The notes under the pieces are model-generated. The model was not told the DNA's origin, searched no databases, and saw only the letters and a list, made by a program, of their open reading frames with translations. A stretch of DNA of 64,000 bases, taken from the human T2T-CHM13v2.0 reference genome, Homo sapiens. The translations under genes were made by a program, and so were the position numbers. Positions 1-14,606 of this stretch are shown here, in pieces (the stretch's first letter is position 1; every line of letters begins with the position of its first letter). Where the stretch lies: NCBI RefSeq assembly GCF_009914755.1, contig NC_060932.1. One strand, written 5' to 3'.

Positions 1-349
1 GCTTCCTGCCTGTCAGGTCTGGACATGCTCAAAAATCCCTTCCACATTGGGTGGCGTCTGGGAAGTGGCTTTCTTTCCCTGCAGCTGTCCATTTGCCTCT
101 TTTCTCCCAGCCTGGCTTCTGAAAAGATTTATGAACATTTGTTATCTCTGCTTATCTCTTAGTCAGACTTCAGCTTGATCCAATCTGTTTTCCACCTTTT
201 TCTACCGAAACTTCTCTCTTCAAGGTCATCGGTTTGCCAAATCTAATTCTAATGGACCAGTTTCCATTCTTACCTTGCTTGTTTTCTCAGTGGGATTTTA
301 TGCTTATATTTCCTCCTCCCTGAAGCTTTCCCCTCCTTGACCCTCTAAG

Positions 350-479
350 TAGGGAATATATGATTAATCTCCCAAACTGGGTCACTGTTTAAAGTGAAAG
401 GGGGCACTAATGAATAATTATGCCAGGCTCACTGTCATAAGCCAAGACTCCCAGGCACACTCAGACGTGTGGTCACCCT
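350..479. mobile_element. hAT-Blackjack MITE (MER94-like)
   Basis: TAGGG start and GGTCACCCT end; internal aagtgaaagggggcactaatgaataattatgcc resembles the MER94 core. Confidence 0.65.
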
Positions 480-630
480 CCCTGCAAAACTTGCTTTCCC
501 TTCCCTGGGCTGCTCAGCCTTCTCATACTCCTTCATGGGATCCCTTTCCTCCTTCCTCCATCCACTGTCCACTCCTTAAAACTGCCCTGGGCTCTCCCCT
601 GCTCTCATGCTACACCATCTCCCTGAGTGA

Positions 631-927
<297 letters not shown>

Positions 928-1174
928 TGAGTGATCTTATCCATCTGTAGATTAAATCTCCCTCTGTCTGCTGAGGACTCCCTGCCTATACTATGAGTAC
1001 AATGTCTTGATTTCTATACTCCAAGAACAAGTGCAACTGCTGCCCAGAAGTCTCTACTTGGATGTCCTAGAGGCAAGTTCAAATCTACTCCTAAAACCAG
1101 ACTCATTCTTTTCAACCCCAACTATGCTCTCTTCCTTTTGGAGAATGGCAAATGAGGGAATATGGAGGAAGTGT

Positions 1175-1348
1175 CAGGTAAGATGAGAGGTTCTGGAGTT
1201 ACGATTGCCAGGGTCCAAAGTCCAGCTTATCCACCTACTAGCCATGCATAGTAATTATTTAACCCTTCCAAGCCTCAGTTTCCTCAACTGGAAAATGGAG
1301 ATAGAAGTGCCTACCTCATGGGTGGGTTGTGAGAATTAATGAGACAAT
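1175..1348 (+). mobile_element. MIR
   Basis: MIR core gcctcagtttcctcaactggaaaatggagat...cctacctcatgggtgggttgtgagaattaatgag. Confidence 0.8.
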
Positions 1349-1585
1349 AATGACAATAGCAGATATTTATAGGGCACTTTCTGAGCCAAGCACTTCTATG
1401 TGGCTTTCATGTATTATTTCGTTTAATCTTCACAACAACCCACTGGAGTAAGGGCCATTATTCTTCCTCTTTTACAGGTGAGCAACCCTGAGATGCAGAA
1501 TGCACTGACATTCTCTGTGTTAGTGGCGGAATCAGAGTTCAAATTCAGCAAGTCTGGCTCCAGTGGCATCCTCTTAAGCACCTCA
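1349..1585 (-). mobile_element. MIR
   Basis: Reverse MIR: tttaatcttcacaacaaccc...ttttacaggtgag...agtctggctccag. Confidence 0.8.
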
Positions 1586-2246
1586 GTGTTCTGTGTGTGC
1601 AAAGTTCCTTGAACAGTATCAAGCATATAAGACCCTATGCCTGGGGAAGTGACTTGGAAGGGTATCCAAATCTGGTCAAGCTTGGGGAGCCCAGGCTTGA
1701 GCAAATAATTTGCTCAGCAAATTATTTCCACTCTCCACCCGGTCTACCAAACCAGATACCCAGAAGGAGGCCTATTTCCCTTATTCTTCCTTCTATATCC
1801 ATCAAGTCCTGTCCACTATGCCTTAAAACAGTAGGTGCCTTCTCAGAGTTTACTTATTTAATTATTATTATATATTCCTAGTTCATTGTCCAAGGTGTCT
1901 TAATATTGACAAATCAACTACCAGAATCCCAGATGTGAATGGAAAGGACTAGGTCTCTGCCTTTAGTTTGAGGCTTTTCTTTTTAAATCCCCATTCTGCT
2001 TGATGTTTTAGAACCTTCCTCCCCAGCCATGAAAACAAGCCCCAGCCTGCCCTTGGGAGAATGAGAGACTATAGGAAGCAGAAGTGAGCCATCCCAGCTG
2101 AGGCCACTATGACCAACCAGTATCAGTGTCCAGACAACCTAGCAGCTGACCACAGACACATAAGCCTGGCCAAGGCCAGAAGAACCACCCAGCTGAGCCT
2201 AGCCCAAATTGCTAATCTGCACAAAGGTGAGCTAAATAAATGGTTG

Positions 2247-2670
2247 GATCAGGCACAGTGGCTCACACCTGTAATCCCAACACTTTGGGAGGCTGAGATG
2301 GGAGAATTGCTTGAGCCTAGAAGTTCAAGACCAGCCTGAACAAGATAGCAAGACCTTATCTCTACACAAAAATTTAAAAATTAGCTAGCATGATAGCACA
2401 TGCCTATAGTCTCAGCTGCTTGAGGAGGCAGAGGTGGGAGAATTGTTGAGCCTAGAAGTTCAAGACTAGCCTGAACAAGATGGCAAGACCTTATCTCTAC
2501 ACAAAAATTTAAAAATTAGCTAGCGTGATGGCACATGCCTATAGTCTCAGCTGCCTGGGGAGGCAGAGGTGGGAGGATAGCTCAAACTCAGGAATTCAAG
2601 GTGGTAGTGATCCTGCAACTTCAATCCAGCCTTGGTGACAAAGTGAGACTTCATCTCTTAAAAAAAAAAA
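2247..2670 (+). mobile_element. AluJ with an internal ~135-bp tandem duplication
   Basis: Alu body with 2300-2435 repeated at 2436-2570; TSD TAAATAAATGGTTG at 2233-2246 and 2676-2689. Confidence 0.9.
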
Positions 2671-2678
2671 TTAAATAA

Positions 2679-3108
<430 letters not shown>

Positions 3109-3187
3109 AAATTGTTGTTCTTTTCAGCCACTAAATTTTAGAATGGTTTTTATAATACAGCAAAAGCTAACTAATATACTTGGGTAG

Positions 3188-3582
3188 TGTATTCATGAGC
3201 ATGAGCTGCCATAACAGGATACCACACACTGAGTGGCTTAAACAACATAAATTTATTTTCTCACAGTTCCATAGACTAGAAGTCCAAGATCAAAATGCCA
3301 TCAAGTTTGATTCTGGTGAGGCCTTTCTTCCTGGCTTGCAGACAGCCTCATTCTCTCTGTGTCCTCACATGACCATTTCTCTGTGTGCACACGGAGAGAG
3401 ACAGATCTCTGGTGTCTCTTTGTCTTCTTATAAGAATACCAGACTTACTGGATTAGGGCCCTATCTTGTGATCTCATTTAACCTTAATTACCTCCTTAAA
3501 GGCCCTGTCTCCAAATACAATCACATTGGGGGTTAGAGCTTCAACATATGAATTTGGGAGGGGTGCAGTTCAGTCCATAACA
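3188..3582 (-). mobile_element. MaLR solo LTR (MLT1A-like), full length
   Basis: TG...CA ends; gctgccataaca, ggcttaaacaac, ggtgaggcc, ttaaccttaattacctccttaaaggccctgtctccaaatac; near-TSD ggtag/ggtat. Confidence 0.85.
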
Positions 3583-4149
3583 GGTATCAATCCTCAAGTG
3601 GAAACAATGAGACCTGCTAAGACCACCTGAAAAAGAGTGAGGGCAGTGGAGACCCATGAGCTAAGGACAACCTCAGGGAAGCAGTGGCAGTCCTGGGGAA
3701 GCCCTGTCAGGAGACAGAGAAGGAAAGGTGGGGGGAGCACAGGGAAAGCCAGGCAAATGATGCGGAACACTGAAGCCAAGCCATCGCCATTTCAAAAAGG
3801 AGGAAAAGATCAACAAAGGCAGCAGGCAGAAAGCCAGGAACGGAGAAGGGTCCGCGTGCACCTCTTGATCTTGGCAAGGACCTTGGTGGCCCTGACAAAG
3901 CTGAACTACGGTAGGGCCGGGAGCCAGATCTCAGTGAACTGAGGAGAGACAGGGAGATAAAGAAAGGAGCTCTCAGATAAAAGACACTTTTGAGAAGTTT
4001 GGAGGAGAAGGAACAAGAGAAATTGGGATCGTAGATTCAAGAGGTTATGAGGACAGGAGGGACCGTGTGTTTTTATTGGCTGGAGGAATGTGCCAGAAGC
4101 ACATTCCACATGAGGAGAGGTTTCATCATGACAGAACCAGGCACAGCAG

Positions 4150-4675
<526 letters not shown>

Positions 4676-5884
4676 ATCGGCTGGGGGGATTTGGCCTGGA
4701 TTTTGACCTGCTTCTAAAATTAACAGGAAAGCAGTAGGGGTTGGGGGAGGGTCGGGGGAGGAGAATCAGCAGGGAGCAGGAATTTGATGGAGATCATGTG
4801 ATCCCAATGGCCTTGATGTGTTTTTTTTTTCAAGAAGTAGGAGACTAGGTGCCAAGCATTAGGCCCAGGTAGGAAGGGAGTGCGGGGAGAGAGAGGAAGG
4901 CACAGAGCAGTGAGTGGCAGAGGCGATGAGACCAAGTGTGGTACACGCGCTGGCAGCCACAGTGGTGCTGAGAGGGAAGACTGGATTCACAGTGGTGCTG
5001 GTCCTGTGAGGTGCGAGGACCTCTCCAGTGGTGCTCAGGAGCCAGGAGTGGGGAGGAGAGGCCTGCTGGAGCCTGCATAGCTGGGAACCAGGGCAGTGGG
5101 TGATGGGGAGCATCAGTGCTTCTCAACCCAAGTTGCATTTGAAAACACAGGAGGGCTGAACCCCACTCCACAACAGTGGAACCTGAGTCTCCGGGGGCCT
5201 GGCTCTGCTCTGTGCTCACAGTCCCCATGATGATGTGATGACCCTGAGGTGGAGGCCAGGGTGGAGGAGCTCTGAATCCAATCTAGCATGGAGTTCAAGT
5301 CACGCTGGGAGGTCGGGAGTAAGAGGGGCTGCTAGATGGGTTATACAAAATCAAAGGAGGACAGTGAAGGGATGATAGGGCAGGGCTCCAAGAAAGGTAA
5401 AAGTAGGGGTGAGTGCTGGCAGAGGTGAGGGATGCTCAGGGGTCTGGCGCTGTCCTGCTGGGAAGGCTTGGCAGGTTGGGAGAAGGTGAACAGGTACGGA
5501 GGTTTTCACAGCCTCTTCCACACCCATATTCCTGCTGCCATACTGAATGGAATTGTCTTGGAAACTTCCCTTTGTCCTTGGAATAGAAACCTCTGGGAGT
5601 CTGAAATAGGGGTGCCCTGAGGAAGTGCTTAGATGGAATTTTCTTCCCATGTGACCAGCATAGAAAAGAAGACTCACTCCAGTGGGGAGGTGACATCAGG
5701 GTTGGGTTATCTGCAGGATCTGGGGTATCTTCCACCACTAAGGAACTCCTTAAGAAAAGGAACACTGGAGAATGGGTTAGAATCACCTAAAATGCAGACG
5801 ATGTTGTTAGTTTTATGGAACCGATGTTTATCGAGTTCTAATATGTGTCAGACACCAGCAGAACAAGACAGTAATGCAATCTTG

Positions 5885-6190
5885 CGTGGTGTTTCCCAAA
5901 GCACATTCTGGTATATTCACAGTATATTATTTTAAAAGGATGGGTTGGGGGCAGGGGGTCCAAGTGAAAATAAGTTCAGGAAACACAAGTTAGGAAACAC
6001 TGGGTTAAAGAAAATGAAACATTGACTCACTGCAGGACTTCGCAGAGTTTTTAAACTGTCAGTATGCTCCAAGACTCTTCAAGGGTGAGGATGAAGACAG
6101 AGTTCTTCCCGAGCATGCTTGACCACAGGTCTGTTTCGTTGCTACAGACCTTGAGGAATGAATGACCCATGGAATGTGCTTTGAGAAGTG
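5885..6190. mobile_element. hAT-Charlie-type MITE (subfamily not resolved)
   Basis: gtgtttcccaaag start and ctttgagaagtg end; internal gggttaaa...actgcaggacttcgcagag. Confidence 0.55.
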
Positions 6191-6211
6191 GAAGATGGTG
6201 GCCAAGAGGTG

Positions 6212-6412
6212 GGTTCTGAAGTCACAAGACCTGACTTCCTGCACAGGCTCTGCACCTAGTAGCTGTGTGACTTTAGGTGAGTTGCTTATGTCCATGTCAC
6301 ATCTGGAAAATAAAGCTAAATAATACTGTCTCCCCATGCAGTTGTTGGAATTAGTGCCTGTGAAGCACTGAGCACAGTTCCTGGCCCCCAAAACCACTCA
6401 TTAAGAGGTGCT
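6212..6412 (+). mobile_element. MIR
   Basis: ctagtagctgtgtgactttaggtgagttgctt...catctggaaaat...tgtgaagcactgagcacagttcctggc. Confidence 0.7.
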
Positions 6413-6525
6413 AGGCTGGGTTGGGAGATCCCTGTGTCTGCTCTAAAATTCTATGACACGTTGGCCTCAAAAACTCTGAGAGGGGACCAGGGGAGGGAGC
6501 TTCTGTCCTCTGCTAAATTTTTTAG

Positions 6526-6584
6526 AAACAAGACTCAGATGGCTTTGAAGCCTGTGATACATAGAGGAAGCACTGTTAGAGCAG
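6526..6584 (+). other. Candidate 59-nt internal exon (no recognisable coding product)
   Basis: Acceptor ttctgtcctctgctaaattttttAG and consensus donor CAG|GTGAGT at 6585; splice signals only. Confidence 0.3.
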
Positions 6585-7279
6585 GTGAGTGGGGCGGGGA
6601 GGGGAGGCACTCCCATTCCCTTCTTGCCTGGAGAAGCAGGCTCAGGGCATCCGTGGTGCTGGGGGTCAGCAGTTAAAGTGGTTTGGCTTCCTGGAGAGGG
6701 TGGTGACAAGGAGGGGAGGGGAGTGGCAAGCCAGCCATCGCCTGCCCCGACTGCCCTGGATCTGGACAGGCTGAGTAGACACACAGGAAACCTCCCAGGC
6801 CAGGCAGGCGTGGAGCAGCTGCTGGACTTGGCCCCAGTCCCACTGTTGTCCTTCCCGGAGGTGGATGCTTCTAGGAAGAGGTTACCAGAAAAGCTCCGCC
6901 ACGGCTGCTTCTGGCCGACGTCAGCACCCTGGACCACATGGGGTCTGGGAGTCTGGGAAAAGGATGCCTCCCCTCCTGAGGGCTCTATGCCATTTATTTG
7001 GGGCCTTGGAGAAGTGGGAACAGATGGTGGAACCACAGGGGGAGGGAGTCTGAACTGCAGGACACTGAAGAAGGGTCACACTCCTGCCCTGGGACCAGGG
7101 GCACTATTCCAGACCCTCCACTCCTACCCCTGGAAGCCAGCGCCTGTGACTTTCCTGACACGGGAAAGAATGGACTGTGTGCCCAAGTGTCCACTCTCAC
7201 GGTCGTTATGTCTCCTTCAATTCTCTAACACCCTGGGGGTGGAGGGGAGAAGCCAGCCACCCCCAAACACATGCAAGTG

Positions 7280-7546
7280 AGTGCGATCTCCATGTCACAG
7301 CACTCTGAGGTCAAGCCCCCTGCCCACAATCAAGTGCGATCTCCATGTCACAGCATTCAGGGGTCAAGCCCCCTGCCCACAATCAAGTGCGATCTCCATG
7401 TCACAGCATTCAGGGGTCAAGCCCCTTGCCCACAATCAAGTGTGATCTCCATGTCACAGCACTCTGGGGTCAAGCCCCCTGCCCACAATCAAGTGTGATC
7501 TGCATGTCACAGCACTCCGGGGTCAAGCCCCCTGCCCACAATCAAG
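7280..7546. repeat. Minisatellite, 5 x 53 bp
   Basis: Unit AGTGYGATCTCCATGTCACAGCAYTCWGGGGTCAAGCCCCCTGCCCACAATCA; GTGYGATC recurs at 7281, 7334, 7387, 7440, 7493. Confidence 0.97.
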
Positions 7547-8394
7547 CAGGATTTGAACCCACATTTATTCAATCCCAGCACTCTCTCTAGGTAGGTAAAA
7601 AGGGCAGACCCTCGGTTTAAACTCCTGGCTAGACCCTGGTTTATTGGGAAAGCATCCTAAGTATAAATGAGTAGAACAGTTCTGATTGAAGGAATACTAA
7701 TCTTGTTTCTTGTCTTTCTTAAGGAAAAATGCCTACAGAGCAGTGGGACACAGAGCTCTGCTGGCCGCCTCCGACGAGGATCTAATGGCTTTTCCAGGAG
7801 CGCACCCCATCACCACCCCCAGACAACTCAGATGGCTTCCCCTCCCCTTTTGTCTTCTGGGCTGCGCCCCAGCACCCACCAGTCTCTTTTTCTAGCCAGG
7901 GTGGGGCCTCCCAGGGCTTATGGGCTCTGGGCCCAGGGCTCGCTTCCTTTCTTGGCAGCTGCTAGAAATCTCCAGTTTCTGGCCTACTAAAACCCTTCCA
8001 TTTATTTATTTATTTTTTTTGCCTGCTCCAGGGAGAGTTTTGATTGGCTTCAGCTGGGATGACCTCATCCTCTCTAGATTTTGGTGGCGTTCCCATTTTC
8101 CACATCTCCGCCTTTATCCAAGGAATTCCCTTCTGACTGTCTTTTCTCTAAAGGTCGCCCCACCCGCGTCTTCCTGGGCTTTGGAATTCCCCATCCTCAC
8201 TTGGGAAGGCAAGTGGGCCGTGGACTCTCACCGTCTCCCCACCACTGCCCTCCTGGGTCGTCTTGACTGCCCCCAGCTCTGGCAAGTGCCTCCTGCAGGA
8301 TCCCAGCCTCCCCTGCAGGGATCCTTTGCTCATTCGCCCCTCCCCCGACTGATCTCTGCTGTATATTCAGGACTCACAGGAAACCACATTATTT

Positions 8395-8600
8395 AAACTC
8401 ATCATAATTAACTTTGTGCCAGACCTTCTTTTACATTATCTCACTTAATTTTCACAGTAATCTCATAACATAAAAATTGTTATCCCCAGTTTATAAGAAA
8501 TGGAGGCTGGGAGAGTTAGACGTAGCCTGCTGGAGATGAGCAACTAGGATGCGTGGAGTTGAGATCCAGACCTAGGTGTGTGTGGCTCCAGGTGTGTGTG
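8395..8600 (-). mobile_element. MIR
   Basis: attatctcacttaattttcacagtaatctcata...atccccagttt...gaaatggaggct. Confidence 0.6.
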
Positions 8601-8699
8601 GCTCCAAGGCCACTGCACGATGTTTGCCTCATTGATAAATGCTGCCGGCTGCACGCATGTGCACAACGCTGCCGGCTACACAGCTGTCTCCCCTGGAAG

Positions 8700-9890
<1,191 letters not shown>

Positions 9891-10104
9891 AAGGGTGGGA
9901 GGAAGAAAGGTGTTGGTTAGGTAATTTCAGGTGGCAATGAGCAGAGGAAGTCAGGACAGGCCTCCGAGCAGAGCATCCTGGCCAGGCCTTGGGGGAGCTG
10001 GCACGCGGGGCCCGTTCTCCAGGTGGAAGTAGCCTTTGGCCTCTTAGCACCTCCTCTTTGCAGCCCTAGGACCAAATGTTGACTTGAGTCTCAGAGGGGC
10101 TGGT

Positions 10105-10530
10105 CCCAGGGTGAGTTCCTGGGAAGCAGATTCCATGGTGGAGTTCCATGTGCAGGAGGCTTAGGAGCAAGCGCTCTTTAGAGCAACGCCTGAGGAAGGG
10201 AGGAGAAGGAGGCAGGGGTGGACTGAGAAATCAAGCTGGGATTTAGGCCCAAGGACAACCTCGGCCAACTCCGCGGTGACCTCTAGGGCTAAAACAGCCC
10301 CTCAGAATGGTCCCACATAGGCTGAAACCCCAGGCCTTTATGTACCAGCCTCAATCAGTCTGTGAAGGTTGGCCTGGTCTGGGGTGGGGTGAGGCACTTG
10401 CAGGTGAGGCACTCCCCACAGCTGCGGCATCCAGGCCCGCCTTGAAGGGGGATCTGAGTGGCACATGGCCATGCCCACCACAAGACCCTCAGCAGGGTCT
10501 GCCTTGCTCAATGGCTGCCTCACCCACATG
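10105..10530 (-). mobile_element. ERVL LTR (LTR16-like), degenerate
   Basis: gttcctgggaagcagattcc...gtgcaggagg...ggaggcagggg...cctcggccaactcc; similar to 59505-59910. Confidence 0.55.
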
Positions 10531-10686
10531 TGGCGTCCTCAAGACCCCAGGAGAGGGTCTTGATCCCGGTGTCACACGGTCAGGGTAGACACACTCCAGG
10601 TCAGAGCTGACCAGCTCCTGGAAGAGAACCAAGACAAAACCTAATTTAGACAAGTAGCAACAGTGCTTTCTGAATTTAAAAAAGTA

Positions 10687-11320
<634 letters not shown>

Positions 11321-11640
11321 TTGTTAAGTTCTTAGACTCACTGAGCCTCTGCCTTCTCATCTGTAAAATGGGGATGATTTTACTTACCTCACACAGTTCT
11401 GACAATTACATGAAATTAAACCATCTCTGTCATAATTCCAGGCACAGGGCGTGTGCTCTGTCTTGTCAGTGGTGGTGGTGGTGGTGGCGGCTCTTAGAGG
11501 TTGGAGCAGCTCATAGCAAAGATCCTTTCCACTCTCGACATACTTTAATTCTGTGCCTCCACAGATCGTGTTTGATGAGCTTTTGCACCTCAATTGCCAT
11601 CTCTCCCTTACATTCCACTGGCCCAGATGAAAACAGCCAA

Positions 11641-11670
11641 GCAGCAGCAGCAGCAGCAGGAGCAGCAGCA
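11641..11670. repeat. Short interrupted (CAG)n tract
   Basis: gcagcagcagcagcagcaggagcagcagca. Confidence 0.85.
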
Positions 11671-11854
11671 TGGTTCTGAGCTCTGATGGCTGTCAGTAAC
11701 AGTGCCTGGTGGTCCACAGGGAGGGAACGGTGGGAGGGCTGTCTTCAGAGCCTGCAGAAGCCTTCCTAGAACCCGTGTTAACCTGGCCCCTGAGCTCTGT
11801 ATGCACACAGGTATGGAGGAAGGAGAATGCTAGGCCAGCCCTTCTGGATACTTA

Positions 11855-11934
11855 TTACACTGGTGCAAAAGTAATTGCGGTATTTGCCATTGAAAATAAT
11901 GGCAAAACCCACAATTACTTTTGCACCAACCTAA
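11855..11934. mobile_element. MADE1 (Hsmar1-derived 80-bp palindromic MITE)
   Basis: TGGTGCAAAAGTAATTGCGGTATTTGCCATT-gaaaat-AATGGCAAAACCCACAATTACTTTTGCACCAACCTAA, flanked by TA at 11853-54 and 11935-36. Confidence 0.95.
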
Positions 11935-12023
11935 TAAAACAATTTTCAGTTAAAAGAAGGGCATCGTTAGCATCAGCACCCAGACATTTAAATCGTACTC
12001 GTCCTCGATTAGCTCAGCACTGA

Positions 12024-12433
<410 letters not shown>

Positions 12434-13294
12434 GTGGATGTGTATTGTTTATTGTAGCCAACCTTGTAGTATTGACTATGCTTTGGTATGTTATAAAATT
12501 GTGTTTTAATATGCAATACAAATACTTAAAAGTTCACTGCAGGCCCTTATGTAATCAATGTGATATGTATATTTTCTAGGGCCTAGAAAATAATTTTACT
12601 CTTGTGAATAATTGTGGAAATTTCTAGTTACTATGGCATTGGTTTTAGAATATCTTCTTGGCTATTTCTATGATGAATTTTTTCAGGAACCAAAAATTAT
12701 AGCATTATTCTTGTTGAAAGCTTTTCTAGTTTGCCCTAGACACCCTAGAGTTCATCTTTTCTTTTTCTCACTTCTATAGCTTGTGTTGTTAATTTTGTAC
12801 TTTAACAACATCTACCACAACTAAAAGCATTTTTTTTTTTTTGGTAAAAGTGATAAATGCTTATTTTTAAAATTTTGGGCCAGGTGCTGGGGGTGTCAGT
12901 GGCAGCCTGGGAGTAGTTGAGCAGGGAGTGGATTTACACTGGTGCTCAGGACCCCCTCAGTACGAGCCCAAGGATCACATTTGATGATAGAGGCTGTAGG
13001 AGTTTCCCTGGGGCCCTGGGAGGGAAGGAGGCAATGGAAGTGGGTGCAGGCGGAAGCACAGGCAGTGGCCTGCATGGTTGATTAGAATGAAGGCAGCTGG
13101 AGCCCAGAGGGGCAGGGGGGCTGGTCTAGGCCCAAGGGAGAAAGAAGAGGAGGAGGAGTGAGTGGAAGAAAGAAAGCTCGTAGGAAGCGACTTGGCTGAT
13201 GGAGGGAAGGAATTCATCCCAGTCCAGGGATTATGGCAGTGACCCCATCAAGACTGGGCACTGGAATCAGAGCGATCTGGCAGCCAGTGCAATG

Positions 13295-13480
13295 AAGTAA
13301 TAACAATGGCTGTCCTTTCCTGAACGCCTGCTGTGGCCAGACCCCAAGCCAGGAGGCTTGCAGACATCATCATGTCATTTCACCCTCACCATCACCACTG
13401 CAGGTGTTGCTATTCCCCATTTTACAGATGACGACGCTGTGGTTCAAAGAGGTGAAGAAACCCAGATGCAGAAGTGACGT
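13295..13480 (-). mobile_element. MIR
   Basis: tattccccattttacagatgacgacgctgtggttcaaagaggtgaag. Confidence 0.65.
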
Positions 13481-13992
13481 GAAGCCTTTAATTCTGCACA
13501 CATGTTGAGTTAGGGTTCCATATTAAATGTGTGAATGTGTGTGCAGGATGTGGAACAGAGCCTGGGACACAGTGAGCATCTTCCAAGTGTTTCCTGTTAT
13601 TATCGTGTACCAGCCACAGTGGCAGGCCCTGGAGACACTGTGGATAAGAAAACATGTGATTCCTGCCCCTGTGGACCTTAGAGTGTCCCACAAGGGAGAC
13701 TGACACGAAACAGAAATGGAAGAAAAAGTATCACACAAATCATACAGAGTGACAAGAAGGAAAATGGACTCCATGCCATGAAGCCCCCACTCTGACCCCA
13801 GGCCTAGGCCACTGGGCCATAAAGGAGGGAGGCACTGTTGGTTTGGAGCCTGAGTTCTCCAGGCTGGTTCCAATGTCATGGTGGCACCTCTAGGCCAGGG
13901 TTTCCTTACAGGAAAAAGCAGGGGTAGGCAAGAGATTTGGTTTTCTAACTACATTGTAGCTGAGGAATCTTTTATTCAAACGTGATCTTAAA

Positions 13993-14273
13993 GGCCAGGC
14001 ATAGTGGCTCACTCCTGTAATCCCAGTGCTTTGTGAGGCCAAGGAAAGAGGATTGCTTGAGCCCAGGAGTTCGTGACCAGCCCTGGAAACACACCTCTAA
14101 AGAAATCAAATTAGCCAGTCATGATGGCATGCACTGGCAGTCATAGCTATTAGGGAGGCTGAGGCAGGAGGATCACTTGAGCCCAGGAGTTCAAGTCTGC
14201 ATTGAGCTATGCCCATGCAACTGCACTCCAGCCTGGGCAACAGAGCAAGACTTTGTCTTGAGAACAGACAAAC
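13993..14273 (+). mobile_element. AluJ
   Basis: Dimeric Alu; TSD AAACRTGATCTTAA at 13978-13991 and 14274-14287. Confidence 0.9.
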
Positions 14274-14606
14274 AAACATGATCTTAAGCAAATGTCAAGT
14301 CCAATGTGCCAAAAAGTACACACTCAGCTGCTCTGATTGAGGAGAGAACTGCCCCACTGTTCCCCGTCTCCCTCCACTTCATAGCAGCCCAGAGACTCAG
14401 AATTTCTAGGGCTATGTGGAGTCCAGCTGGAAAGCCACTGGATCATAATAATGGTATTAAATGAGCACTAACTAAGAGCTACAGTCGTTACGTTATCCCA
14501 TTTAATCTTCCCAACAACTTTACAAAGTCTTCATTTTATCAATGAAGAATCTGAGGCTTAGAGGGATTAATAATGTAAATAAATAACTGCTTGAAACTTG
14601 TTGATT

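Noticed and set aside
6467-7280. Overlapping 231-aa (+) and 189-aa (-) ORFs as protein-coding genes
   Set aside because: Non-ATG starts, Pro/Gly/Ser-rich composition typical of chance GC-rich frames, and no recognisable domain
7280-7546. The 53-bp array as a CRISPR array
   Set aside because: Units are contiguous and similar along their whole length with no unique spacers; the context is eukaryotic with no cas genes
11641-11670. (CAG)n as a polyglutamine or expansion locus
   Set aside because: Only about six pure units with an interruption, and not in a supported exon
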